A program made the position numbers and the translations under genes. From assembly GCF_001194135.2 (NCBI RefSeq), contig NC_068990.1:82307673-82371672 (forward strand): a stretch of DNA of 64,000 nucleotides, in the 5' to 3' direction. Below, in pieces: positions 14,323 through 26,793 of this stretch. The notes under the pieces are model-generated. The model had not been told where the DNA came from. It did not search any database and saw only the letters and a list, made by a program, of their open reading frames with translations. This stretch comes from Octopus bimaculoides (taxonomy: Eukaryota). Each line of letters begins with the position of its first letter. The first letter of the stretch is position 1.

Positions 14323-14448
14323 TTGTGTGTGTGCATAGGTCTTCGCATCATGTTAGATGTAGCATAAGTAGCTCTTGATATGAGGGTAGGTGAGGTCAAG
14401 TAGAACCATGAGGATACTAACTCCATTGCATCAATATCTGTTATGTTC

Positions 14449-14504
14449 TGTGAGAATAGTACTTGGTGTGAGAATAGTACTTGGTGTGAGAATAGTGTGC
14501 TTGG
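14449..14504 (+). repeat. 18-bp tandem repeat (tgtgagaatagtacttgg) x3
   Basis: Two perfect copies and one variant, read directly. Confidence 0.9.
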
Positions 14505-16852
14505 CCATAATCAATCCGGATTTTTGTGGAGAAGTGTAAATCTAGTAATTGGTGCAATTTCTTAATGATTAAATCTCAGTAGCTTTACATTTATTAACTG
14601 TAATGATTCTTAATTTCGGCTCGAGTAATGTTGGCTACTTTGAAGCTCCTTAAGTTGGTTAGTAGTTAAAGCGATTATACGAGCTTAGCAAGTAAATTTC
14701 ATTATATTTAGCATTTCTGCTTTGAAGAGAGTGTTTCTATTGTTTATATCTGATTAGCTTTAAACTTTTTGCCTCATGTGCTGGAGGATGGGGGGGTATC
14801 TTTGAATCATAGTACTTTAACCATGATTTTATTTAATAATTTATTAAGGAGGGATATTGGTCAAGGCATTTGCAGGCCTTAAAAGATTGGTATAGGACTG
14901 ATGGAGACTGATACACGATCTAAAGATTTACATATGAATGTCTGCAGGGAAAGAAAAAAAAAACGTGGAAGAAGGTACTACGTCTGTGCATATGTATGTT
15001 TGTGTATGCCTATGTGTGTACAAAGGTGTGTATGTGCGTGGTCCGACCGCTTGTAACAGAGTAAGGAACCTACACAACCAGCTGTTTTAGGTGCTTATGT
15101 GGTCCTGAACGGACATAGACGTCCTCTCGGACCCTTGTTTTGGCTCGACAGAACGTCCAGTAAGTAACAGCTAAAGAAAGGGAATGCCGTATTAGCATCC
15201 TGGCTGTTATCATTTTCAGCAGAATGAAATGAAGTGCTTTTGTCAAAAGCACATCTCTTGCTTGGTTCAGTAAATGAACACACAACTGTATAATATTCGA
15301 GTCAAAATTCCAAGCCACGTGGCTGCTCTGCTAAATACAAAGATTAGCAAATGTCGGAAGAACAGTGTTGTAGATCTTCGTGGGCCCAGTCCTATTTAAC
15401 GAAACTAGTACAATCTGTATCCAACCTGAATATTTGCCATTTAATGAGGAGACGAAGGAGATTTAGTTCTAAATACTTGTAGCAAATTTAACCCCACTAA
15501 AAGAATCCAAAGAAAACACGAGGCATATTGAAATTTTTCACTTTTTTGATGCAGTCTAATGCTTCAAAGGCTTCTTTACATTGCTATTTGTTGGCGCAAG
15601 TTTCACATCCCAATCATCAGGAACGGATTCTTATTTAACTCCCTTTCTTCAGAGTCTTTTCCCATTTGCAAAGTAAGTTTTTAATACTTTCTTTTGCTCT
15701 TAAATCTTAAACTAAGTTTGCTATTAATATTTATTCTTTAATTCTTGAAATGAGTCAGAGATACTTCATTGATTGAGTCATTTTAATTTTTTTCTTCTTA
15801 TTTGGTTGTTGCTTTAATTTGTATTTTGTTCATTTTGCTATGATGGATCTTCAGATTTCCTTGATGATGTCTTTTTTTTGTATGTTGCATTTGATGGTAG
15901 GAAGATGAACAAAGATATATCCAGGAATTTCTAAATAATATAACAGAAATATTTTATTTTTGTAATCCCAACTCTATTTCATGTATAATGTTTCTGCTTT
16001 TGTATAAGTTTTTGTATAAGTTTTGTATAAGCTCTGTTTTGTAGCCGCACGCTTTCTTGTTCTAAAGAAATGTCTATCACACTATAAAGTTATTTTATTT
16101 TATAAACTAATTAACAATTCCTTCGATCCTATTTTCAAATAATTTTTATAGTGAAGCACTTTATTATATTATATTGCAGCTGTTTATAAAATTCTCTCTT
16201 CCCAGTAGAATTTATCATTTTCTTCAATTTATCGTTCTATTTCTAGACCGCACACTCTTAAATTTATATTTATGCCTGTTAGCATTGCTTTAAAAAATCC
16301 CTGAAAGTCCTATTCATTAGCTAGCATTTATTCAGTTCTCTGAATTATATTAGCCAATACCTCCAAGATTTATATCGATCCCACTTTTGCTGCTAGATTT
16401 GCAACTTTCAAATCCTAATGAATGTCTTTTCATATATTCTCAGTATAAATCATAAAATCTCCCGTTGATAACTAGCAGATCTGCGTCACTTAATACATAC
16501 ATGATAGCAAGATAAAATAGACAAATAGGTTCTTGGTTTTTCTTTCGAATCTTTCCATTCTGAATTCAATTCACGTCGAGATTAACTTTGGTTTTCAATC
16601 TTTAAGGGTTGATAAAATAAAGTACCAGACAAGTACAAAGGTCAGTGCAACCAACTATCACTACCTCAAAAATTACTGGGCTTCAAGTATAAATTAAAAT
16701 CAGTTATTGGTATTAATATCTAATTTAATTCTAGGGTCTCAACTCTTCCATTTCTTAAACTAGGATATATAAGTATGTATGCATTCATTATATATATACA
16801 TATATTTATGTACATATATGTATATGTTATATATGCATATACAAAGTGTATA

Positions 16853-16889
<37 letters not shown>

Positions 16890-17777
16890 NNNNNNNNNNN
16901 NNNNNNNNNNNNNNNNNNNNNNNNNNNNNNNNNNNNNNNNNNNNNNNNNNNNNNNNNNNNNNNNNNNNNNNNNNNNNNNNNNNNNNNNNNNNNNNNNNNN
17001 NNNNNNNNNNNNNNNNNNNNNNNNNNNNNNNNNNNNNNNNNNNNNNNNNNNNNNNNNNNNNNNNNNNNNNNNNNNNNNNNNNNNNNNNNNNNNNNNNNNN
17101 NNNNNNNNNNNNNNNNNNNNNNNNNNNNNNNNNNNNNNNNNNNNNNNNNNNNNNNNNNNNNNNNNNNNNNNNNNNNNNNNNNNNNNNNNNNNNNNNNNNN
17201 NNNNNNNNNNNNNNNNNNNNNNNNNNNNNNNNNNNNNNNNNNNNNNNNNNNNNNNNNNNNNNNNNNNNNNNNNNNNNNNNNNNNNNTATATATATACATA
17301 CACACTCTCACACATATATTCCAGAGACATGGAAGGAACTATTAGTCTAATACTAAGTAGAAATCTATCAAAACCATATTCTTAATTTTTCTGCTTCCTC
17401 TGCAATACTTCATTGTAGAAACGACAGGAAAAATTAATGATGTGTAAAAACACCTTTGTAGTTGAGAAAATATTTCCCTCGTACCAAAATTATTCTTGCT
17501 TAAATAACGAACTTACAATCACACAAAGAAACCTATATTAATTACACATTACTATATATTTCTAATTAAATCTTCGAAAAGCCTTTTTTGTCCGTTCGTC
17601 TGTCACACTGTCCGGCTATCCTTTATTATTTCGCTCTGTCTCACCAGTCATGCTTTGTTTTAGTTGATCGTAAGGTGTTTGAGTATCGTAATGTCATACC
17701 TGTCTTGCACCCCAAATCCTCTCTCTATTTTCCTTGGAAACCTTCCATTCACTTCTCTTTTTCTTCCTAACTCTTGT

Positions 17778-17839
<62 letters not shown>

Positions 17840-17877
17840 CTCTCTCTCTATATATATATATCTGTCTGTCTGTCTGT

Positions 17878-17910
<33 letters not shown>

Positions 17911-18291
17911 TGTCTGTCTGTTTAGCTAGCTAGCTACCTATTTGGCTATGCATCTATCTATGAAAGTGAATTCTCGATTATCGAAATTATTTCTTCTTTC
18001 ATTCGGATTCAATCGCAATCGTCATAATACGTTTCTTTATCCTCTCGAAGCGAGAATAGTTTAAATATATAACATATCCTGCAAAATATGGAACATATCA
18101 TTATTCACCTGAGTTCAAAATCATACTGGTGACCAGACTAAGTTACTTCTCTTAGTTTATTTTTCTTATGACAATGCAAATTACCCTCGGTCATAAATAT
18201 AATCTATTCTTTTGTTATTTGTGCAACTCTTATGTCTAACTTGAATCAACACAGGTCACTTGCATCATCAACCGTCTTCCTGTCCTTAAAA

Positions 18292-18990
18292 CAGTGTTTC
18301 TTAGCCTTTTTAGTACCACGCCTCCCCTAGGAATCTGTCCTTCTCTCCACGCCCTCACCTCTTTGCATTTATGAATAAAACTCCTTCCAGGTTTTAAATA
18401 AAATCTAAAATATGGTTTTATTTTTTTAATTTTCATTGAATATCAATTAGTCACATTATACAAAATATGCATAATTTTATATATAATTACCCTTCCTTTG
18501 ACTGCATCGTTTGGCAGTGGAATCTGGGAAAGCTTGTTTGCACTATCCTTCCCCAGAACGAGTTCTGCTGAAGAATGTAGATTTGGTTTTATGAGAGACT
18601 CTCCGATGTTATGGCTCTTCTTGCTCTTTGCAATCAACATGGCGATCTCATAGCAAGCCTCAACGTCCATTGAAGTTTGTCGCCAAAATTTCCTACTACT
18701 GTCCAACATAGCTTGCTTCAAGGAATGTCTTTTTGTTTCAAAGAATGCTTTGGGCTTGTCTACAAGACTAAGATATGTTGTCCTCAAGTGGCGTTCCAAG
18801 CGTGAGGGTCGCATTCTATCATTGTCTAAAGTTTTGTAACACACTGGGGGATTTCTGTGTCACCCTTTTGAAGGGACACGAATCCAAATCGAATATATTC
18901 GTCAAGATACATTCGTTTCTTTGCACTCATTACGAATTTTTTGATGTGCAGTGGACGACACAAATATGTGAACAAAAGATAAGGCTCGTG
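18292..18990 (-). mobile_element. Internally deleted hAT transposon remnant (Buster/Charlie type, ZBED5/SCAND3-like transposase N-terminus)
   Basis: ATG at 18930 gives MSAKKRMYLDEYIRFGFVSLQKGDTEIPQCV, then a frameshift into CYKTLDNDRMRPSRLERHL...ACYEIAMLIAKSKKSHNIGESLIKP...LGKDSANKLSQIPLPNDAVKGR (BED finger and following region). A Charlie-type terminus cagtgtttcttagcctttttagtacc lies at 18292. The opposite TIR was not found, so the upstream boundary is approximate. Confidence 0.88.
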
Positions 18991-19673
18991 TAAGTAGTGT
19001 CAAGGCCCAAGTTAGAACGCTTGGAGTAAAAACTTTTGAAAAAATATTAAATCAAAAAAAAAAAAATTGGAATAAAAGTTAAATTAAAAGAAAAGTTATA
19101 GGAAAATTTTTTACAATAAAATGTATTTATTTGTACGAAAATATTGAAAAAAATGTTTCTTTAAAAAAGAAAAGATTTTGCATAGCTTTTACTTTTACCT
19201 AGTACTTTCTGTAGTGCTTAAATTTGAATCTTAGTTTAACATCTGGCTTCATATAATTTTTATCTTACAAAAAATTTACTATATTTTTAACATAAACATG
19301 TAATATTAAAAATTTTGATTTTATTATTAAAATTTTTTACTTCTCCAATCTGTGTTTTAATTTTTTGAGATTTCATTAAACTGAGCTATAATAGAACCTG
19401 TTACATACTTAGGTTTATTTCCTATTTTTAAATATATCATACTTATTATCTTGCTAAAATTTAAAAACAGTTTTCAATTTTCTAAAGTAAGTTAAAATCT
19501 GTTAGTATGTTGCTATAATGATTTGATAATGTTTCAGCATAACTCTTGAATTTTGAGAATCAGATTATTTCACATATATGAAGACTGTAGATCAAACAGT
19601 GAAATGCTGGAGTCAATGTAATCGACTAGTCTCCTCACTCAAAATTTCAGATCTTGTGCCTTTAGTAGAAAGG

Positions 19674-19674
<1 letters not shown>

Positions 19675-19745
<71 letters not shown>

Positions 19746-19748
19746 TAG

Positions 19749-19782
<34 letters not shown>

Positions 19783-19957
19783 TTATGTTTGACTTTTGTT
19801 TTGCATTTGTACAAGTTGGATCCAAGTCTCACCCAGAGACCTCAAGAGACAACAAGTTAGAAGTTCATGTAGGTGTTATGCCTAGGGTACCATATATTTG
19901 GATTTGTACAGTTTTGTTCAACTGAATGTTTAGGAAACCATAAGAAAATTATGTTTG
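19675..19957 (-). mobile_element. Stacked non-LTR 3' tips in a (TTA)n tract: 15-nt tip identical to the 43.4 kb element plus a 175-bp unique segment ending in (TAA)n
   Basis: 19741-19755 (ttcagtagttttatt) is the exact reverse complement of 43392-43406. The segment 19783-19957 ends on the minus strand in a (TAA)n tail; calling it a non-LTR 3' UTR is inference. Confidence 0.5.
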
Positions 19958-20054
19958 CTGATGATCGAAAATGTATTCTTACTTGCATATCCATGCTGTG
20001 CAGGGGCAGATATAACGGAGAACAACTCGTAGTAATTGTATGGACATGTTGTTG

Positions 20055-20115
<61 letters not shown>

Positions 20116-20129
20116 TATTATTATTATTG

Positions 20130-20186
<57 letters not shown>

Positions 20187-20275
20187 TGTCCATACAATTA
20201 CTACGAGTTGTTCTCCGTTATATCTGCCTCTGCACATCATGGATATGCAAGTAAGAATACATTTTCGATCATCAG
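19958..20275. repeat. Long inverted repeat: 93-bp unique arms plus (TTA)n/(TAA)n inner arms
   Basis: 19958-20050 and 20183-20275 are reverse complements with 2 mismatches. The interior switches from (TTA)n to (TAA)n near 20128, so pairing extends almost to the centre. Confidence 0.95.
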
Positions 20276-20514
20276 GAAACCCATACGGGCAAAATGATTA
20301 CAACACACACAAACTCATATATGTAAGCAAACAAACAGATACAACCTGGATTTATTGCAATCTTATAACATATTGCAGTTGAACGACCTTTTATCAATTC
20401 AGCTTTCAATTATCTGTGGATAAAGTTTTCCCTCTCTCATTCTGAATTTATCTATCCGTACATGTGTTTGTATAAATGAAAGTTGTCAATAATTCCAAAA
20501 TATTGACTTTTACT

Positions 20515-20712
20515 TTAGGTACAAGGACAGCAATTTCAGGAGAGTGGACTAGTTGTTTACATCGAGCCTAATACTCGACTGATACTTATTTTATTGAGCT
20601 CGAAAGGATGAAAGGCAAAATCGGCCTCGGCGAAATTTGAAAGCAGAACGTGAAGACGGACGTAATGGCGCTAAGCAATTTTTTCCCAGCGTTGCTAACA
20701 ACTCTGCCACGG
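20515..20712 (-). mobile_element. SINE family A copy
   Basis: cgaaaggatgaaaggcaaaatcggcctcggcgaaatttgaaagcagaacgt core. Confidence 0.82.
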
Positions 20713-21057
20713 CCTGGAGTAACTCTAAACAATTGACAGTTTTGTTCGTTCTGTTCCTTTTCCAGTCAATTCTGCGTTACCCTTCACAGTTTCACATCTC
20801 TTGCGCGCACATGCAACTTATTCCTGTTTTTTTGGCATCGTTTCAAATGTGAAATTTTAGCATAACACCGAAGTTACGAAAAACATTTTTCTAAGATTTG
20901 AACCCTATTTCCCGTACTGAATTTCGCAATTACGTTAACGCATGTTTTTATTTAATTATAAACATCACTGTATGTATGTATGTATGTATGTATGTATGTA
21001 TACTTTTAATTTATCTATATATATTTCTATTTATGTATATCTATGCATATATGTACG

Positions 21058-21090
<33 letters not shown>

Positions 21091-21132
21091 GTGTGTATGT
21101 ACGTATATATGTATATATGTACGTATATATAT

Positions 21133-21229
<97 letters not shown>

Positions 21230-21286
21230 TTGGATGTGAGATTGTGCGTCTGATCCCCTATGCGTTCTATGAATAACTGTATCTAC

Positions 21287-21317
<31 letters not shown>

Positions 21318-21799
21318 CATAATATATACATATTATCAGTATGTTGGCGTATGGGTGTATGTAGGTGGGCGTGACGTTGTGTAAGTTTGTGTGTGTACGT
21401 ACATTTCAACTAGCGGAAAAAGAATCTGTTTATTCAAGAATGCTTAACTGCTAGTAAATTTAGAGCTAGAGAGTGGTTTACTGAGTTCGTTTATTTGGAA
21501 CATGTCACAAGAGATTGTAACACGACTGTTTCTTTATCTAAATTGCACGCATACACACTCACACGTATATACATATATATATACAGGCACACACACACAA
21601 ATTATACGTGCTTACATACATATAGGCACAGTTTTAGAAGATGATGGTGATGAGGATGACGATGATGATGATGGTGATGATGATGACGATGATGAAGACG
21701 CTGGATTATGTGACGGTTATGGTGGTGGTGGAGGTAGCTGCAAGAAATTATGCTTGGAGATATTGTAGACTAGTCTATTTATATAGTTCAGTAGAAACG

Positions 21800-22392
21800 T
21801 GATTCCGTAGTGAAAGAGGGTTCCTATATGTATGGTGTGCGGCTAATAACAATATGTCTACTATGGTTTAGTCAAAGGGGAGACAGAAGTACCAAAACTC
21901 CAAGTTTTCTCTGTTTCTAACACGATCTCGTAGATTTATAGTGTAAAGTAGAAGGAGAGAAGAAACTATGAGTTATCCATTGGGTATGTATTATATGTGA
22001 CCGTATTCTGTTGTCAAAATCAGGATACGTGAATCATATGAAGTTACATGAAAATCGTAATGCCCAGATAGGTAATGATCTTGGACACCAACCGTCTCTT
22101 ACGACTTGTGTCATTTGTCACAAAACTTGTAAGACAATATCTGGACTTAAAAGACATGCTAGTTCACAAAAGCATTGCTTCAGAATCAGATTGCAAAGGG
22201 TAAAAATAGAGAAGAAACTTGAATAATATGTCATTTGTGTTTTAAGCTCTGTCAGTCAGCAGCTGGTCTTAAAAGTCATCTAAAGGCTCATTAACGGAGT
22301 GATTGTGCTGTGCGTTGGGGTGTGGTGTGTGTGTTGATGGGACGGTTATCGTCTGCCAAGATAAAGCAATCATAATCATGTATGTATGTCAT
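21800..22392 (+). mobile_element. Decayed fragment encoding three widely spaced C2H2-like zinc fingers; probably the 3' end of an RTE-like LINE
   Basis: CIICDRILLSKSGYVNHMKLH (21987-22049), CVICHKTCKTISGLKRH plus frameshifted LVH (22107-about 22167), CHLCFKLCQSAAGLKSHLKAH* (22229-22294). No TGEKP linkers; stops and frameshifts present. Followed by a short UTR (ggacggttatcgtctgcc) and a (GTAT)n tail. Confidence 0.7.
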
Positions 22393-22616
22393 TATTCAAT
22401 ATATTATTGGGTATGTCATGATGTTGATGAGAATATCATAGTCGGTTTCGTGTTAAAAATTTCCTCTGAAGAATATTCGACCTGAAACCAACGCTAGCAT
22501 TCTGATTAGTTACTTGCTATAACCGGTAATACACTGTTTGGTAATATAAAAAAATATATCCGCTCTCTTACTTATATTGGGAATGATTTCATTTCTGAAT
22601 TATGGACTACTAGCTG

Positions 22617-22666
<50 letters not shown>

Positions 22667-23004
22667 GAAACAAAACTAGGTTCTCGAGGGACACATTCGT
22701 ATTTCATTCAGTGTGAAAGCTAGATGGTGATATATTTTCACAGGAAGTGGGTTGGCACAAGAAGTAGAATACCTTAGCTTAGTTAATCAGATGCTTTTAT
22801 TTTCTGAATTTAAATTCTGTTAAATTCTACTTTGCTTTCAGGATTGATAAAGTAAAATAGCTATAAGATATTCTAATCGATTCAATTGATTTTTGCTCTC
22901 TATGTAAATTTACGACTTTGGCTTACATTAATAATCATTATTTAGGGACTGCTCGATCGGAGACAACTTGGGAATAAACAATAATAAAACGAGGTAACAG
23001 AAAA

Positions 23005-23215
23005 GAAATGCGTGGTTGAGTAGAATAATTGGTGTATCAGCGAAAAATTTATTTTTTAAAATCCTTGCTGTATTCAGATACATAACTTGCGTTCTGGGTT
23101 CAAATTCCGCCGAGGTCGATTGTACGCTTCCTCATTTTGCGAACAAAAAAAAAAAATACCAGTCAGTAGCGATGGTTCCTCTCTTAGAAGATCTCCCGAA
23201 AGTTCTGGACATGTC
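23005..23215 (+). mobile_element. Degenerate SINE family A copy
   Basis: gcgttctgggttcaaattccgccgaggtcgattg B-box/core. Confidence 0.7.
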
Positions 23216-24114
23216 TGAGATACCAATAATTATAATCAATATTTCAACTGGTTAGAGACATTTTAATATTATCGATCATTATTATTTTTTTTTCAGGTTG
23301 TGCTTGTGTAAATATGTGTGTATTTGCTTATATGTTTGTGAATATTCATGTATGTGTATATGTGTATGTAACGAGAACATTTAGCGTCATTCATGTTTTG
23401 GTATTAAGTCGTGCGTATATGGCATTGGACACAGCACATATGATTCCGTATGACAACACACTTGTTTGTCTTTATATCTGCTTCCACGCAAAGCCACGTA
23501 TGAGCATATATTTCTGTAAATAAGAAATAACAGCTGTTGATATTAACCCGTAGAGGCCTGGCTTTATGGGAAACTTATTATCTTTCTCATATGGTCAGAA
23601 ATTCATAAGAAAGTTTGTGTTCCTCCAGAGAAAATTTTTCCTGGAGATTTTGGTGGTGAAAGATTCTCCGATAATGCTGTTATATCAACTTACTACACTC
23701 TGAGAATTTTTGTCAGAACAACAACAAACGTTGTGTCTACTTTAAACAATGTGGTAATTTTTGTAAAATTTAGCTGTATTGAATTTTTACCTTCTATTTC
23801 CTGGCTTCTGGTTTCCTTACGCAGGATCTGTAATGACAATCATCGTAAACTTTGCACATTTTGAATTTGATTTTACCACATTGGGGAACTGGAAAATTTC
23901 TTCATAATCGTAATCTATGCTGTTTGAAAGGGGTTCCTGTAAAATTTCATCAATATATATCCATTTTCCTGAAAGTTATTAGGGGAAAAATCGGATCTTG
24001 TGAATTTTCCGAAAGTCTTCTCCTCACCACCACGTTCGTTTGCGCAATTTCTTTTTTCTATATTCGCTTTCTACACAGTTTTAACACCCAGCAGGATGGG
24101 TTTTTTTTTGTTTT

Positions 24115-24900
24115 CTTTAACGGGAGTCAATCTTTATATTAACACATTCTTCTTGTAGTCGAAGAAAAGAGTCGACAGTGTCTTCACATTACTTCAACTC
24201 ATGAGAGGTTGGGGTGTCTTCCACTGCGAAAACTGAGCCTTTGTTTCGCAGTCATAGCCATAGACCCACGATTCATCACCAGTTATGACAGTTTACGAAA
24301 AGTTTCCATCGCACTGAACCCTCTAAGAAATCTCGTGCAACTGAAACTCGAGTGTCATTTTGGTCAGCTGAAGGCAGTTTTGGCATAAACTTGGTAGACA
24401 CGTGTCTCTTACACAAATCTTCAGCGATAATGGACTGAACTGAACCGTAACTAATCCGCACATCCTCTGATAATTCACGGACGGTGATTCGACGATTTCC
24501 CCTCACAGCTGCAAGCACATCTGCGATGTTTTTCTCAGCTCTGATGATTGCAGTTTTCCCTGAACGTTCGTGACTATTGATATTTTTTCGGCAATCTTGG
24601 AAACGTTTGAACTACTCGTATACTTGTGTACGATTCATACACTCCTCTCCATACACTTTCTGCAACTTTGCCTAGGCCTCTGACCAGATATCGCCAAGCT
24701 TTTAGTAAAGTTTAATACAGATTCTCGGTTCAACTTTCTCATGATCAATGCGATTATCACACGCTAGACACGAGAACGTTAAAACTTAGTGCACATGCAC
24801 AGCAGAGTTCAAGGTCAATCTGTGCCCCGTGGCTTTACTCTGCATGATTTAGTTTCGTTACTATGGCAACAGTCCGGATACATATTGATCAGACCACGTA
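24115..24900 (-). mobile_element. Mariner DNA transposon remnant, same family as 3140-3728, longer (includes first catalytic Asp motif)
   Basis: Frameshifted minus-strand translation includes RRITVRELSEDVRISYGSVQSII, then TVITGDESWVYGYDCETKAQFSQWK and SNVKTLSTLFFDY. TIR (minus strand TAcgtggtctgatcaatatgtatccggactg) ends at the TA at 24899-24900 and matches the end of the 3.1-3.7 kb copy. Confidence 0.92.
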
Positions 24901-25646
24901 CGCCTTAAGCCTATAAAATATTATTTACAGAATTGTAAAAAATCTACGCTGCTTACCCAAAATCATTGCATATNNNNNNNNNNNNNNNNNNNNNNNNNNN
25001 NNNNNNNNNNNNNNNNNNNNNNNNNNNNNNATATATATATATATACACGCATAGTGTGTATATGTATATGTATCCATATTACATGTAAGAGAAAGAAATA
25101 TATATTAATTAGAAATTGTCAAATGTAATTAAAATGAGAATTAATATTAAATATAATACAATGTAAAAACAAAATCAATAACTCATCTTTTCCATTTCCT
25201 ACAGTTTGACTACGCCACGCCTTATTACTGGCTAACCAATCAAAACACGATACTTTCTCACGATGGTAATCAACCATATTCTTCAATAGAAAGTTCATTA
25301 CGTTTTCCTTCTCAACGAATAAAAATTAATTGATTCCAATTTATCAACGTTTGCTTACGTACGTTTACTCAGACTATCATAAATACATTCATTTTAACCA
25401 TATGATAACTACTCCAGTCTGAAGATATTTGCATTTGTAGTTAAGGGAGCCGTTTATGTTCCATTTCCGTCAGCACAAGAAATATATACTCAAGCAAGCA
25501 TTTAGAGAATGTGAGCGATCCAACATCATATGGCTAACAGTTTCTCATTGAAAAGCATAACAAAAGACATTATAAACAAACGGATGTATCCTAATGATAG
25601 TCATGTGTTTGGATGCACGTGCGAGTTTCTATATACTTGTGTATTA

Positions 25647-26455
25647 GTTCGGCCGTCGTTGTCGACGATGATCAAGGATATCACATGGGAGAAGAAGAGG
25701 GGTGTCGGTATGTCATGCTGTAGCCTATCAGACCGAATCCTGCACATCAGGCACTGGTGGTCTGCTGGTACTGAAGGTGAAACGTTAGCTCTAGACATGA
25801 ACATGTCGCGTTTTCTTTGTGCCCCTGTTATCCTGTTCGGTTCGTAGGTGGTGGCACATGTCCTCCCAGACAGGAAGGACATATGCTTGTGTTTCCCAGG
25901 TGTTGGGGTTGAATTCAAAGCTCTTCAGTGATGCTTTAAATGTATCCTTGAAGCGCTTTTTTGGTCCACCTGGCGTGCGCTTACGCTCTCCTCAGCCGAG
26001 TGTAAATGCTTGGCATATCAGCTAGGGAGAGGACTCCGTGTCTGGGATGGATTTTGTCCTGCCGGGGGATTTTCAACAGCTTTCTAAAGCAGTTTATGTG
26101 AAAGCGGTTCTGCTTTTTACGTGGCGTTTGCAAACTGTCCAAGATACGTAGGATTACAGTAGAGTAGGTTAGTACAACTGCTTGGCACACCTTCAACATG
26201 GTGGCCAACCTAACGTATATCTTCTACACTAGTTCAGATAGTCGCTTGAATGCTGAGCCCCGCTTGGCGATCCGTGTATCGATTCCTGTGTCAATGTTCA
26301 CAGATCTGGAGAGTGTAATGCCGAGGTACGTGAATTTAGCAGCCTTCAGGGTTTCCCTTCCCACAGTGATGACGGGTTTCACATACATCTCTTGCGGGTT
26401 ATGGTCTTTTCACATCTCCGAAACTGAGCGGCTCGGCAATACAGACCGATAGAAT
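25647..26455 (-). mobile_element. 5'-truncated RTE-clade LINE (C-terminal ORF2 and 3' UTR), frameshifted
   Basis: Minus-strand segments: KFTYLGITLSRSVNIDTGIDTRIAK; MLKVCQAVVLT...RFHINCFRKLLKIPRQDKI; YEPNRITGAQRKRDMFMSRANVSPSVPADHQCLMC. RTE-type 3' end gatcatcgtcgacaacgacggccgaac. Confidence 0.92.
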
Positions 26456-26723
26456 GTGCATATAACTTAAAGTCAGGTAGTAATTTCGATCAACTCGACC
26501 CTACTAGACCCTACAAGATCTTGCCCCATCATGGCCGCAATCCAATGACTGAAACAAGTGAAGATAAATGATGCATATAAATGTGCGTATATCTGTAGAT
26601 ACGTGTGTGTGTATGTGCATGTGTGCGCGTGTTCGTACGTGTATGCGCATATATGTGCGTGAATGAGTGTGTACGCTTATATATATATACACACACACAG
26701 TTATACACACACACACACACACA

Positions 26724-26759
<36 letters not shown>

Positions 26760-26793
26760 TTCTTACACACATACAACCACACATTCAATTTTT

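Noticed and set aside
15540-16620. T-rich unique stretch possibly a decayed LINE (scattered GDF, EFYKQLQ, IPGY, FLDI-like words on the minus strand)
   Set aside because: The motifs are out of the expected order and in different frames; no class can be supported.
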